Shown here in pieces: positions 47,699 through 58,710 of a DNA stretch of 64,000 bases; within the stretch, counting starts at the first letter, position 1; every line of letters starts with the position of its first letter. The position numbers and the translations under genes were made by a program. The notes beneath the pieces are model-generated. The model saw only the letters and a list, made by a program, of their open reading frames with translations, had not been told where the DNA came from and made no database searches. The stretch spans positions 448,001-512,000 of the forward strand of contig JBEPYN010000002.1 in NCBI GenBank assembly GCA_041641305.1, read 5' to 3'. The DNA is from Nitrososphaerota archaeon (GTDB taxonomy: Archaea; Thermoproteota; Nitrososphaeria_A; Caldarchaeales; Caldarchaeaceae).

Positions 47699-48861
47699 CG
47701 TCTCCTACGCCTCCGCTCAACAGTTTTCTTCACAGGCGGCGAAGCATATTTGCGGCGTATCTCCTCAACCCTCTTCTCCAACGCCTCACGCAGCTGCGCA
47801 CCCCGATCCTCCTTAGAGAAATAGTCTATGCGCGCAGCTATGCTTATCTTGGTTGCGAGGGCCCTTGCTATCTTTCCTCTCTGCCACTTGGGTGCGGTGT
47901 GTATGAGGGGGTGCTGGAAAATCACGCCGTGTTTGGGGGAGCCGCGTCCCGTTTTCAGAAACCTGAACAACGCCTTTTCCGCACCGAGAACCTGAATAGT
48001 GCTTGCGGGAAGCCGTGCAAGACGCTCAAGCCCTCCCGCCAAAGAAATCAGCCTACTGCCCAGCACGGGGCCGGCCACGGCGGAGAGGTTCGGCGCCTCC
48101 GAAGCCATAAGCTCCCTGATGTATTCGGCGGTTTTCTCGGCCAACCTGCTGACCTCAAGCCCGAGAGAAGCTGTCGACGAAAGCATCGCCGCATCCCTCG
48201 GCCCCAGCGACCCGCCAACCGACTTCCCCGCAGCCTCTACAACACGCGCGGCCAACGCAGGGCCCAAAATCTTCGAGACCACCTTCTCATCAAAACTATG
48301 CCTCAGGACAGGCACAGCAGCCAGCTCGAGAAAATCATCCACCTCAGTCACAATCGAAGCCAGCTCCGGAAAGTGAACACCATACCACTCTCTCACACGC
48401 ACATATAGCTGGTTTCGCGTTTTCTCAAGGTCGTCAAGCACCCTCACGGCGTGGACGATGTGGAGATCCCTCCTACCAGCTTCAGCCATGATACGTTGCC
48501 GTGTCAGCGCCAACGTCACCTCCCGCACAAGGGTACGCAGTTTCTCCGCCTCTGCCGGCTCCAACGCGGCCTCAACATCGACAAGCGTCCTCTCTACCCC
48601 CTCGAGACCCAGGCCAAAAGCTGTCACAAACTTTTTCAAAACTTCGCCAACCCTGTCATCCCAATAACCCAACACAGAATATCCACGATCCCGCAATTCC
48701 CTGAGAAATCCCTCAACAAACACACTGGGCACGTCGCCCGACGAAACAATACGAACAAGCTCATCCAAATCCTCGGAAAAAGACCTCAGCAAAACAACCC
48801 TTCCACCATCATCCACAGCAGCCCAGCCGACACCCGTCGGCACCACAACAGCCCGCGACAT
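47695..48861 (-). CDS. nop5: Nop5 (Nop56/58) box C/D RNP protein
   Basis: REWYG.HFPEL, PASTIQVLGAEKALF, PKHGVIFQHP, GKIAR. Confidence 0.97.
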   Translation of the reverse strand: MSRAVVVPTGVGWAAVDDGGRVVLLRSFSEDLDELVRIVSSGDVPSVFVEGFLRELRDRGYSVLGYWDDRVGEVLKKFVTAFGLGLEGVERTLVDVEAALEPAEAEKLRTLVREVTLALTRQRIMAEAGRRDLHIVHAVRVLDDLEKTRNQLYVRVREWYGVHFPELASIVTEVDDFLELAAVPVLRHSFDEKVVSKILGPALAARVVEAAGKSVGGSLGPRDAAMLSSTASLGLEVSRLAEKTAEYIRELMASEAPNLSAVAGPVLGSRLISLAGGLERLARLPASTIQVLGAEKALFRFLKTGRGSPKHGVIFQHPLIHTAPKWQRGKIARALATKISIAARIDYFSKEDRGAQLREALEKRVEEIRRKYASPPVKKTVERRRRRR

Positions 48862-49115
48862 CCGCGGAAAACACCACAGTCCCTACATTTAAAAGTGGAA
48901 GACTGGCCCACCCCTCCACGCGAAAAACATAGAACCACATGATAGCTAGTTAGAAGCCTAATGCAACAACAGACGCGATAGTTCAGACACGACCCACTAA
49001 GCAAGCTTCTCCATGCGGATGGACAGCTTCAAACCTCGAAAAAGGGCAGCAGAAATGTTCTATCCTCACGAACATGGAAATGTTTTAAATCAAACACGTC
49101 AACGGACGGAGTTTG

Positions 49116-51695
49116 ATGAAGAAAGCGGTACTGGGTTTTTTGCTGGTTTTGCTGGGATTGTCCAGCTTTATGGCAGGCCAGTTAACGACCACATTTACCG
49201 CAACCATCTACTCAACAGTTACTGAAACAACCACTTATCTCTCACAACTCAGCACCACAGTGAAAGAGTATGTTTCATCGATTGTAACTGTAACACGGCA
49301 TGTAACTAAGACAACTGTACAGCAGACAACAATAACCACCAGTAGCCCCCCAGCCCCACCATCTAACCTGAGAGTGCAAAACGCTGATTTCGGAAGCATT
49401 GTTCTTACTTGGCAGGACAACTCGGTTGATGAAGAGGGTTTTCGCATCGAGAGGAGCGAAGACAACGAGATTTTTACAACAATTGGTGAGACACCTCCCA
49501 ACACAATGAACTTTGTGGACACTTCTGTAGAAAGCGAAAAAACGTATTTTTACAGGGTCAGAGCCTACCGTGGAGAGTATGTAACCTCTCCTTCTAACAC
49601 AGTTGCGGAGACAGCAACACCATACGGAATACCTCTTAGCAACTATTTCGGCGGCTTGGGCGAGCTTGAAACAGTCGTCTCCAACGTGCGTGAACGAGAA
49701 GGTTTTGCAGACATCTTCAACCCCTACTGGAACTGGATGAAATGGCCCCAAGGCTCCAAAGGAGCCAAAGCAGAGGCATCCATAGACTTTAACGACTTCG
49801 TCTCTGGCGCAGGAAGCCAAAAAATCTCAATCCAAAGAACTAACGAATCAGGCGAGGATACAAGGCTTATTCTGACATCATGGAAAATACAGCCTAAAAA
49901 CCCTACATATAAGGCATTCTATCCTCTTCCAGGTGAGAAAATTGTATTCACTTTCAGCTACAAGACCAGTGAAAAAGTAATCAACATCGAATATGCTGTC
50001 ATGTTGTATTTCATCGTCCGCGACAACACGGGCAACGAGCGCTATCTCCCGCCACTATATGTTTTACGAACACAGGAAGCGTCACCATTTTGGAGAAAAG
50101 TTTCATTCACAGCAGAAGTTCCAGCCAATTTCACAGCCGTAAGAATCTTTGTCACCTATATATGCAGAAAATCATGTGCAGGAACATTCTGGCTCGACAG
50201 CTTTGTTCTGCATACGGAGCCTGAAAAACGTCTTCCACTGCTAGGCAAGGACAAAATCAATTTCAAGCTGGCCGCCATCCATGGAGAAGTATTCGGAAAG
50301 GATCCGCTGGAACTTGCTCAGAAATATGACCTGCTTCTAGGCGGCCTAGCCACCAACACCTACGTGAAAGGATTAAACACACAGGTTCTCAGCCTCCTAT
50401 ACTTTAACGACCCCTCCCTCGCATCCAGCAGGAGAAACAGCTCAAACACTCCTCCCTGCATGATGAGATGGAACGGCACAACACCTGTCTACGAGTTCCT
50501 ACACTACTGGCCCAGCGTTTACGGAGGGGTTTCGGAGGAATGGCTTTTAAGCGCCTCCTCCTCAGCCAAATACCCACGCATAAACAGTTCAGGATACTTC
50601 ATAGTCCGGGAAAAGTATTGCGAGTTTCTCGTGGACATAGGTCGTGAGGATGTAATCGAAACAGCGCTGAAAAACATCGAAATGCTATATGTGTACGCAG
50701 GGTACAGAAATCCCACACTGTCCCCGATCCTCTTCCACGACAACCTCCCCAACTTTGTCTATCTCTGGAACATGGACGGAGCTCCTCCATCAAAATATCC
50801 AGACCGCGAAACACGTAAAATAATCTTAGACCATATGCTCAACCGTTTAAAGAAAAGCATCTTGGACCCCTATCCCGACCGTAAAATCATAGCAAACATA
50901 GGAACATACAGCAACGAAGAGTTCCAGTATGTCGTTAGGTTTGATTACGACGGCGTTTTAATCGAGTATTTCACACGAATCTTTAACAAAACGTTGTCTC
51001 CCTCACTATTGTATCAACAGTTTCATGCTCTCAAAAATTACCCCGACAACAAGGTCGTAGTGTTAGTAGATACAGTTCCAGGACAATACGTTAAACTGTG
51101 GAATGAAAATCCTATGCTTGTCCCCGATAATGTGAGAAGACATTTTGGCTTCGTTTTGGCTGCACTATACCTGCTTAACAGACCTAACACGTATATCACT
51201 CTCCGCGGAGATGAAGGAGGATACTCGTCATCATATATTCTGAAAGATTTCTACCTCCCATTAGGCAGGCCTCTGCAAGACTTGGAAACCGTTGAAGGAG
51301 ATGAGAAAAATGGCGCTCTCTTTCTGAGAAGGTACAGCAACGGCCTAGTCCTTCTCAACACGGCGTCAAGCAGAAGCTTCACATACTTTGTTGCGGAGAA
51401 ACATCGTGACAGGGCCGGCAACGTGTTTACCGGCTTGATAACCATCCCACCCCAGACAGGACTCGTATTATATAGAAACGAAACGCAGAGCAACAGTGAA
51501 TACGGCACCTCCACCACGGCATTAACCACCACCACGGCGCCTCCGCAATATGCCAAGAGCACAGAAACCAAAAATCTTAGAGGAAATGCACCCATATGGC
51601 TTAACGAATCAAACAAGATAGCATTAAATACCGGAAAACAGACGACAATATGGTATGCCCTCCCACGGAAGCATAACCAAGGCTGGGAAAGTTAG
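49116..51695 (+). CDS. Secreted Thr-rich/FN3 protein with putative glycoside-hydrolase-like (GHL15-like) domain
   Basis: Signal/TM, Thr-rich linker, FN3 (LTWQDNS..E.GFRIER, Y.YRVRA), CBM-like region, FHDN, DGVLIE, LG.P, RRYSNGLVLLN. Confidence 0.75.
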   Translation: MKKAVLGFLLVLLGLSSFMAGQLTTTFTATIYSTVTETTTYLSQLSTTVKEYVSSIVTVTRHVTKTTVQQTTITTSSPPAPPSNLRVQNADFGSIVLTWQDNSVDEEGFRIERSEDNEIFTTIGETPPNTMNFVDTSVESEKTYFYRVRAYRGEYVTSPSNTVAETATPYGIPLSNYFGGLGELETVVSNVREREGFADIFNPYWNWMKWPQGSKGAKAEASIDFNDFVSGAGSQKISIQRTNESGEDTRLILTSWKIQPKNPTYKAFYPLPGEKIVFTFSYKTSEKVINIEYAVMLYFIVRDNTGNERYLPPLYVLRTQEASPFWRKVSFTAEVPANFTAVRIFVTYICRKSCAGTFWLDSFVLHTEPEKRLPLLGKDKINFKLAAIHGEVFGKDPLELAQKYDLLLGGLATNTYVKGLNTQVLSLLYFNDPSLASSRRNSSNTPPCMMRWNGTTPVYEFLHYWPSVYGGVSEEWLLSASSSAKYPRINSSGYFIVREKYCEFLVDIGREDVIETALKNIEMLYVYAGYRNPTLSPILFHDNLPNFVYLWNMDGAPPSKYPDRETRKIILDHMLNRLKKSILDPYPDRKIIANIGTYSNEEFQYVVRFDYDGVLIEYFTRIFNKTLSPSLLYQQFHALKNYPDNKVVVLVDTVPGQYVKLWNENPMLVPDNVRRHFGFVLAALYLLNRPNTYITLRGDEGGYSSSYILKDFYLPLGRPLQDLETVEGDEKNGALFLRRYSNGLVLLNTASSRSFTYFVAEKHRDRAGNVFTGLITIPPQTGLVLYRNETQSNSEYGTSTTALTTTTAPPQYAKSTETKNLRGNAPIWLNESNKIALNTGKQTTIWYALPRKHNQGWES

Positions 51696-52120
51696 AAGCC
51701 AGACACCCAAACTCGAGGCCAAGCCACGCAAATCACCCTTCCCACGCCAGAGAAACAGAAACAACTATCTCAAAAGAGTCCTCGCACCAGCAGCCTCGCA
51801 GACAGAATAGCTCAAACAATAACCTTCCTAAACCCTCAACACAAAACAGACTGAACCCATAGGATAAGAACAAGCGTTCTTGAACTCGGGGCAACATGAT
51901 TTTAAGAAACGCTATTCCACTCCGTGAATTTGTTAAATTATCATTTTTCCGCCACAGATGTACAGGGTATGTCTGCTTTTCTAATCTGCTTGTAAAACTG
52001 TTTCCAGTAGCAGCGTCCAAAGCTGTTACCTGAAAAGCAGTTAGATTCCTCTAGTGGATGTAGTGTTCAAGAATCTGGTTAAGAAGGTGGGGAATAGTTG
52101 GTTTCAGCGTTTTTGTTGAT

Positions 52121-53080
52121 TTATGGACTGGGTTGTGTTGTTTTCCAGTATCTTATGTATTTTGCCACCATATCCTCTATGTCTGTTCTCGGTCTCCAGC
52201 CCAGTTGTTCTCTGGCTTTTGTGTTGTCGGAGTAGCTTTCTAGCGCTTCGTGGGGTTTCAGCTCTTTTTCGACTATTCTCGAGCTGCTGCCCAACTGTTT
52301 TATGATGAGCTCGGCCACTTTTCTGACGCTGACTGGTCTCCCGAATCCTATGTTGTAAACCTCCCCCCGTCCACCTCTTTCGGCCGCCAGAATAGTGCCT
52401 TGGACGGCGTCCTTAACGTATGTGAAGTCTCTGGAAGCTGGTTTGAAGACACCGTCTACATATCTTCCGTAAACCTCAAGGTCGAGGTTCTTGGAGGCAC
52501 GTTCAGCGAAAACACGGAAAACTATGTTCCCGCGGCATCTTTCTCCCACAACGTTAAAGTACCTGACAATTACCACGTCAAGCCCATAGTCTTTGACATA
52601 CTGGCTGCATAGCTCTTCACATATCCATTTGCTGAGGGCGTAGGGCCCCATGGGGTCTGGCTTCATGTCCTCTCTGAGAGGTGGGGTGTTTTTCCCGTAG
52701 ATGCTGCTGCTTGATGAAAAAAGTATTCTGGGACTGGGTTCGCTAAGCCGTGCCGCCTCCAAAATGTTAAGCGTCGAAAGTATGTTGTTTTCGAGATATT
52801 TGTATGGTTCGTTCATGCTCAGTCTATGGGATGCCAGCGCCGCTAAATGATACACTGCATCTGGCTTGATGATTCTAAAAATTTCTTTTACTTTTTCAAG
52901 GTCTTTCAGGTCGTTGTACTCTACTTTGAGGTTTGACGCTGATTTGTGGCTGGTTAACGAGTTCAAGTTATTCTCCGGGGGTGATGGGTTGCTGATTCCG
53001 GTGATTTTCTCACCTCTGTCTAGGAGTGTTTCGACGAGGTGGCTGCCTATGAAGCCTAAAGCGCCTGTGACAACTATCAT
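52121..53080 (-). CDS. NAD-dependent epimerase/dehydratase
   Basis: VTGALGFIG, SSSS.YG, YALSK. Confidence 0.93.
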   Translation of the reverse strand: MIVVTGALGFIGSHLVETLLDRGEKITGISNPSPPENNLNSLTSHKSASNLKVEYNDLKDLEKVKEIFRIIKPDAVYHLAALASHRLSMNEPYKYLENNILSTLNILEAARLSEPSPRILFSSSSSIYGKNTPPLREDMKPDPMGPYALSKWICEELCSQYVKDYGLDVVIVRYFNVVGERCRGNIVFRVFAERASKNLDLEVYGRYVDGVFKPASRDFTYVKDAVQGTILAAERGGRGEVYNIGFGRPVSVRKVAELIIKQLGSSSRIVEKELKPHEALESYSDNTKAREQLGWRPRTDIEDMVAKYIRYWKTTQPSP

Positions 53081-53105
53081 AGTTCGGAGACGGCTGGGGC
53101 ATTTT

Positions 53106-54212
53106 TTAAGCTAAACATTTTCTGTAAACTTCCTTGTATTGCTCAGCTATTTCCTCGGGTTTGAACAGTGCCGACTTTGTAGCCGCGTTTTGGGACATCC
53201 TTGTCCATAGCTCTTTATCCGTCAACAGTTTTGTTATGTGCTGCGCTAGCTCGTGATGGCTTCTTGGTGTGAAGAGGAGGCCGTTTACGCCGTGGTCGAC
53301 TATTTCTCTGAGGCCGCCGACGTTTGACGCTATGACTGGCCTGCCGGCGGCCATCGCTTCGGCCGCGGCCATGCCGAACGGCTCGTAGATGGATGGAAGT
53401 ATGAAGATATGAGCTTTGGCCAGCAGTTTTTCGACATCAGACCTGTGGCCTAGAAACTGGATGTTGTTTTCGAGTCCCAGCTTTTTAACTAGTTGGGTGT
53501 AGCTTTGTCTTAGCGGGCCGTCGCCTGCCACGAGAAGGTTTGGCCGGCTCTGCTTGTCTATGTTTGCTATTGCTTTTATGAGTGTTTCTATGTCTTTTAC
53601 TCTGTCGAGTCTCGCTGTGGTGAGAATGGTCGGCTCCCGAGGGGGTTTCTGCTCTGTTTTTGAGAATCTTTCGTGGTCTATTGGGTTCCATATTGGTGTG
53701 GCTTTTACCCCATGTGTTTCTCTGAGGTGTGCGGCCATCCACTGGCTGCATCCCACAACTTCATCAGCCAGCTGGAGACCGAGTCTGAATAACACCGTGT
53801 TAACCAGTCTGGAGAGGAGGCTGTTTTTGTTGAGATGCGTCTCCAATACCGGGTCACCCTCCACCGTGTAGACATGTTTTATGCCGAGAATCTTTGCGAC
53901 AACCCCTGTTACCGCTGCTTCCTTGGGCCCGTGGCTGTGAATGATGTGGATACCTTGCTTCCTGGCCGTTTTTAATGTTTTGAAGAAGAGCCACATCCAG
54001 TGGAGGGCTCCCCTTACCCTAGGGTTTTCGCCGATAACCTCTACTTTTTTTGCCTTTAGTTTGTTGAGTAGGTTTTTGTCGATGGCCGATGGGTTAGGTG
54101 TTATGAGGATAGGTTTTACACCAGTATGTGGAAGGCCGAGCATGAGGTGAAGCATAGCCAGAGTCGCTCCGCCAACTCTCCCACTCGCGGTGAACAGTAT
54201 CTTCATGTTCAT
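53106..54212 (-). CDS. GT4 glycosyltransferase
   Basis: EPFGMAAAEAMAAG.PV. Confidence 0.92.
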   Translation of the reverse strand: MNMKILFTASGRVGGATLAMLHLMLGLPHTGVKPILITPNPSAIDKNLLNKLKAKKVEVIGENPRVRGALHWMWLFFKTLKTARKQGIHIIHSHGPKEAAVTGVVAKILGIKHVYTVEGDPVLETHLNKNSLLSRLVNTVLFRLGLQLADEVVGCSQWMAAHLRETHGVKATPIWNPIDHERFSKTEQKPPREPTILTTARLDRVKDIETLIKAIANIDKQSRPNLLVAGDGPLRQSYTQLVKKLGLENNIQFLGHRSDVEKLLAKAHIFILPSIYEPFGMAAAEAMAAGRPVIASNVGGLREIVDHGVNGLLFTPRSHHELAQHITKLLTDKELWTRMSQNAATKSALFKPEEIAEQYKEVYRKCLA

Positions 54213-54298
54213 CCGCCTTTTCTCAGGTTGGATGTCCTGTTTGGATGTTGTTTGGCATGGGTTTTCTGTATTCGTTGTTGCGTCAGTGTTCTTAAGGA

Positions 54299-55747
54299 TT
54301 AGTCTGATGAGGTTAGGATAAGTCTTCGGGCTTCTTCTACGGCTTGTTTAGCTAGTTGTCTAGCATCTTTGTCTATGAGCAGTAGGAATGCGAAGTAGGT
54401 TGCTGCACCTATGGCGATTGATGCTAGGGTTTGTATGGTTCCTACAGGGTTGATGATCAACAGGGTTATGGCCATTGCTATTGAGGCTGGAACAGTTTTC
54501 TCCAGGCCGTTGAAGATTGTTTTTGGTGGGGCTTTTTTCGCGTATATTAGAACCATGGGTATGATGCCTGTGATTGAGGAGGCTAGTCTGGCGGCTGCGG
54601 CGCCATGTATTCCAAGTGGGCCTGCTGTAGCGGCGGTTACTGTGATGAGGGTTGCTAGGGATAGGTAGCTTGGTAGCTGGGTGGTGAATAATGTGCTTTT
54701 TAGCAATTGTTTGCTGCTGTTTTGTGTGTCGCTTTTTTCTAGTGCGGTGATGACTGTTTTCATTGTTAGGGTTGTGATGCCTATGGCGTTGGCTGTGAGT
54801 AGCATGGGTAGTAGAGGGGCGGCTTGTATGTATCTTGTTCCAAAGATTTCGGTGAGTTGTTTGGATAGTGTGATGCCTCCTATTATCATGGGTGTGGTGA
54901 AGATGTGTAGGAATTTGAAGAGTGCTTTTAGTTCTGTTGGCTGCGCTGTTTTTGTTTTTAGGAGTTTCGGGTAGATTGTTCCGGTTAGTCCTTTTGCTGT
55001 GCCTATGATGCTTGCTATGGCTAGGGCGATGCCGTAGTGTGATAGGTCTGTTGCTGTGAGGAGGACGCCTATGATGAAGGAGTCGGTGGCTGTTGAAATA
55101 TAGCCTAGCAGGTTCTCGTGTAGTGGTATCCATATTTTTTTTAGCGAGTTTCTCAGCCATGTTTTGTTGAAGCTGTGTTTGAGATGTTGTTGGTTTGTTT
55201 TGAGTAGGTATAGTGTGTAGGCTATGTTGCCTGTCGTGACTGCTGCTACGATTCCTTCAAGTCCGTATGGTAGTAGGATGAAGGCGAGGGGGATTTTTAC
55301 GCTGTCTATGATGATTGTTCTTAGTCCGAGTTTGTGGGGTGCGGTGCTGTAGGTAATTGTTGTTAGTGCGGCTGAGATGTAGTAAACCGGTATGAGTGTT
55401 GATGCGAGGATGAAGGTTCTTGGCTCAGATTCTATGATTGATGATAGGGTGTTTGATAGGAGTATGAATACAAGTGTTATGGGTATGGATATTGCGGTGT
55501 TGAATAGTAGGGTTGTTTTTCCCACTTCTTCTCCTCGTGGGATGTCGCGACCCGCCCAGTAGGGTATGGCTTTCTCCAAGACTTGGAAGTAGGGGAGGAC
55601 GCTGCCGATAAAGAACCATGTTCCAAGAACGGGTTGAGGGAGGTTTCGCGCTATCAACACGTTGAATATGAAGCCTGTTAACAAGGTGACGAGGTTGCCG
55701 GTGAACAGCAAAGCTCCGCTGAATCGGACACGGATACTTCCCGACAA
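54299..55747 (-). CDS. Oligosaccharide flippase (Wzx/MATE-like)
   Basis: About 12-14 TMs inside a polysaccharide cluster. Confidence 0.8.
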   Translation of the reverse strand: MSGSIRVRFSGALLFTGNLVTLLTGFIFNVLIARNLPQPVLGTWFFIGSVLPYFQVLEKAIPYWAGRDIPRGEEVGKTTLLFNTAISIPITLVFILLSNTLSSIIESEPRTFILASTLIPVYYISAALTTITYSTAPHKLGLRTIIIDSVKIPLAFILLPYGLEGIVAAVTTGNIAYTLYLLKTNQQHLKHSFNKTWLRNSLKKIWIPLHENLLGYISTATDSFIIGVLLTATDLSHYGIALAIASIIGTAKGLTGTIYPKLLKTKTAQPTELKALFKFLHIFTTPMIIGGITLSKQLTEIFGTRYIQAAPLLPMLLTANAIGITTLTMKTVITALEKSDTQNSSKQLLKSTLFTTQLPSYLSLATLITVTAATAGPLGIHGAAAARLASSITGIIPMVLIYAKKAPPKTIFNGLEKTVPASIAMAITLLIINPVGTIQTLASIAIGAATYFAFLLLIDKDARQLAKQAVEEARRLILTSSD

Positions 55748-55961
55748 GCCTCAACAACTACACTCCAACCTACTAAAAGCTGTATGCTGATGTTTCCATG
55801 ACTGAGAAAAGATGGGGCCTGCGGTGTAGCAGTGATCTGGCGTATGTTTTTCTCATGCCTGTGTCATAGTTGATGATTACACAGCTCGGGCTGAGTCTTG
55901 CTTTTGGCGATGATTGTGTTTATTGGAAAAACTTCTTAAATGTTTGGAGCGAGGATATTTT

Positions 55962-56582
55962 ATGGGTCTTCTTGAGGGGCTTGTTGCTTTTAGGTTGGCG
56001 TTATTTTGCAGGGAGTTGAGGGATGGTCTGAGGGTTGCGGTGGATGTTGGATGTAGATTGGGCTGGGCTGGGCATATGTTGGCTGCTGTTGCAGGCAAGC
56101 CTGTTAAAGTTGTTGGGCTGGATGTTTACGAGCCCTATCTCAGAACCTTGGCAGAAATAAGCAAGATATATGAGCCGTTGAGGGTTGACTTGGAGACAGA
56201 GCCGATACCTCTACCCGATGGCTTCTCGGACCTGACGCTGTGCATCGAGGTTATCGAGCATCTCAGCAAGCCTGCGGGGTATCGTCTCCTAGATGAAATG
56301 GAGAGGATAACTAGGAAAGGTGGCTATATCTACTTAACCACGCCCAACGGCTGGCATGGAGCGAAAACAGAGAGATGCGTTCCTTTACAGCACAAATCTG
56401 CATGGGTCGTTCAAGATTTTGTGCAACGCGGTTACGTTGTTAAAGGATATGGGTTTAGAGGTTTAAGGGGTAGAGGAAAAATCGGTAAATTCTATCTTCT
56501 GGCTGACTATGCTTGGACTCCGGTTGCCCGCATAGTTCCGCAGACAGGGTTTGGGCTCGAGGTGTTTAAGAAGATAACGTGA
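55962..56582 (+). CDS. Class I SAM-dependent methyltransferase
   Basis: VDVGC..G, EVIEHL, GG...LTTPN. Confidence 0.88.
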   Translation: MGLLEGLVAFRLALFCRELRDGLRVAVDVGCRLGWAGHMLAAVAGKPVKVVGLDVYEPYLRTLAEISKIYEPLRVDLETEPIPLPDGFSDLTLCIEVIEHLSKPAGYRLLDEMERITRKGGYIYLTTPNGWHGAKTERCVPLQHKSAWVVQDFVQRGYVVKGYGFRGLRGRGKIGKFYLLADYAWTPVARIVPQTGFGLEVFKKIT

Positions 56583-56685
56583 AGCGTTGACATGAGGTTT
56601 TTTCAAATGAATGGATGAGCTGCGTGTTGCTGGCGATGTTGTTCAGTAATTTAACTTTTATTTGTGGTAGTTTCTGGGTTGAGGC

Positions 56686-57756
56686 GTGAAGATTGGTACT
56701 TTTGTGTCTGCCTATCCGTTTTACAACTTTAGGTACTTGAAGTTATTGGGCGAGTTTTCTAAGAGGTTTGGTGTCTATGTTTTCGCGGGATCTACCTTGG
56801 GAAAGCATTACCGTGTTGACGGTTTTAGGCTTTTGCGTGTTCTTCCTTTCAGACTTCCGCGCAGAATTGGTTACTTGGTTGGTAGTTTGTCTGGGCAGGT
56901 TTTCATGGGTTTGGCGGATGTCGATCTATACTGGTTTTTTGACACAGCTTCTCCATTGATTCTATCTGTTCTTACTAAGCCGGTTGTTCTAGATGTTGAT
57001 GACCCTAAGATTACTCTACCCTACTCGGAGAAGAAGAATGTTCCACGCTTTACTTTGGCTAGGGAGCTTCAACTTTTGAAGAATAAGCGGGTTGCAAAAA
57101 TAGTTGTTCCAACGGAGATGATTCGGGATAAATTCGTCATGAATGGGGTTGATTATGAGAAGATTGAAGTGATTCCATATGGTGTAGATACCGATTTGTT
57201 CACACCTTCTCCTCTGCCCGATGACCCGGTCGTGTTATACTATGGAACCTTTCAACACCACCGTTCCAGACTATTAGTGGACCTCGTGGAGGCTTTGGCG
57301 AGGAAGAGAGGTGATGTCAGGTTCATACTCGTTGGCGATATGCCGCCATCAGTAAGGAGAAGGCTGGAAAGATTTGTTGGTGGCAGGGCTGAGATGCCTG
57401 GGTTTGTCACCCATGACGAGCTTCCTAGCTATATTCAGAGAGCCAGAGTGTGTATTCTGCCGCAGGGCAGGTCGTTGGGTGGCAGGCTCTCATTTAAGCT
57501 TCTTGAGTACATGGCTTGCGGAAGGCCTGTGGTTTCAACGGATGTTGATGAGTCTTTCCCAGTCAAGAAATCGGGCGCAGGAATAGTAACACCTGTGGAC
57601 GCCGAAGCTATGGCCGACGCCATAATCGACCTACTCGACGACGACACGTCAGCAAAGCAGATGGCTGAAAAAGGCATAAACTACGCTAAACAATTTGACT
57701 GGCACAACATGGTAGACAAATACGTCAATCTCTTTAAACAAGTGGCTGAAAAATAG
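56686..57756 (+). CDS. GT4 glycosyltransferase
   Basis: GVD..LF.P, KLLEYMACGRPVV. Confidence 0.9.
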   Translation: MKIGTFVSAYPFYNFRYLKLLGEFSKRFGVYVFAGSTLGKHYRVDGFRLLRVLPFRLPRRIGYLVGSLSGQVFMGLADVDLYWFFDTASPLILSVLTKPVVLDVDDPKITLPYSEKKNVPRFTLARELQLLKNKRVAKIVVPTEMIRDKFVMNGVDYEKIEVIPYGVDTDLFTPSPLPDDPVVLYYGTFQHHRSRLLVDLVEALARKRGDVRFILVGDMPPSVRRRLERFVGGRAEMPGFVTHDELPSYIQRARVCILPQGRSLGGRLSFKLLEYMACGRPVVSTDVDESFPVKKSGAGIVTPVDAEAMADAIIDLLDDDTSAKQMAEKGINYAKQFDWHNMVDKYVNLFKQVAEK

Positions 57757-57760
57757 TTAC

Positions 57761-58660
57761 CTAAAATTCCCAAAAAACAGTTAAGATCATCCGTTTTTCT
57801 CCTGAACGGGTTTGAGTTAATCTTTTGGACAAGATTTTTCCGTCGCCAAGATGGTTACGCAACTCGCTGACAGATGCAACAGCTTCATGATTTGGTATAT
57901 CATGAAAATCTACCACCAGTCTTTTCACTCCCAAGGCAGGAAGTAGGAGCAACTCTTTCATGACAAAGTGTTCGCACCCCTCACAGTTGAGCTTAACAAC
58001 TTGGGGCTTATATATACTAACTAACTCGGTTAAACTTTTCACAGGCACCTCAAGTTTGGATAAATTGCCATCTGGAAATTCTAACCCATATCCAATCGAT
58101 CCATAATTTGACGGAATGTCCGGGACAGCGTTGCCCACAGCTATGTTCAATGTTTCAACGGGAAGTCCGCGACAATTCATCTCAATGAACCTAACATGGT
58201 AAGGTACAGGCTCAACTGCAACAACCCTGCCCGCCTTCTTGTACATCCACATCAGCGGCGTATCTCCCAAATAAGCCCCTACGTCGAGCACAACAAGTCC
58301 CTCAACATCCATCGGATACTTGCGGAGAAGAATGGTAGGAGGCGCCACCCCCTCGGCCTTAAGAGGTATAGTGAAATCCCTCCCGAAATAATCTCCAATA
58401 ATTAAGACATCGGGTCCAAAATTGACTACAGAAAGCATGTCACCATAGTGACGCCAGCTTTTCTCAAGCCTAACAAGCTGCCTCAAAAGCAAACGTGCAC
58501 TACAAACAATCACCCCACCACGTCTTGAAACAAACCCCCCCTCCAACCTAAACAAAGACCTCAGCAAAAGCTGAAACCAGTTAACCACATGCCTCCTAGC
58601 AACAGACAAAGCAAAAAAATAACTTCTGACGCGACTGACAATTGAAGCGTAACCAGACAT
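57761..58660 (-). CDS. FkbM-family methyltransferase
   Basis: VLDVGAYLG, AVEP, KLNCEGCE. Confidence 0.85.
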   Translation of the reverse strand: MSGYASIVSRVRSYFFALSVARRHVVNWFQLLLRSLFRLEGGFVSRRGGVIVCSARLLLRQLVRLEKSWRHYGDMLSVVNFGPDVLIIGDYFGRDFTIPLKAEGVAPPTILLRKYPMDVEGLVVLDVGAYLGDTPLMWMYKKAGRVVAVEPVPYHVRFIEMNCRGLPVETLNIAVGNAVPDIPSNYGSIGYGLEFPDGNLSKLEVPVKSLTELVSIYKPQVVKLNCEGCEHFVMKELLLLPALGVKRLVVDFHDIPNHEAVASVSELRNHLGDGKILSKRLTQTRSGEKRMILTVFWEF

Positions 58661-58710
58661 CTCATGATTTGCTGGCAGAAACTCATCTAAATACTTTTAT
58701 GAATTAGTAA

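Noticed and set aside
51733-52020. 95-aa minus-strand ORF
   Set aside because: No motif and a weak start; likely intergenic or remnant sequence.
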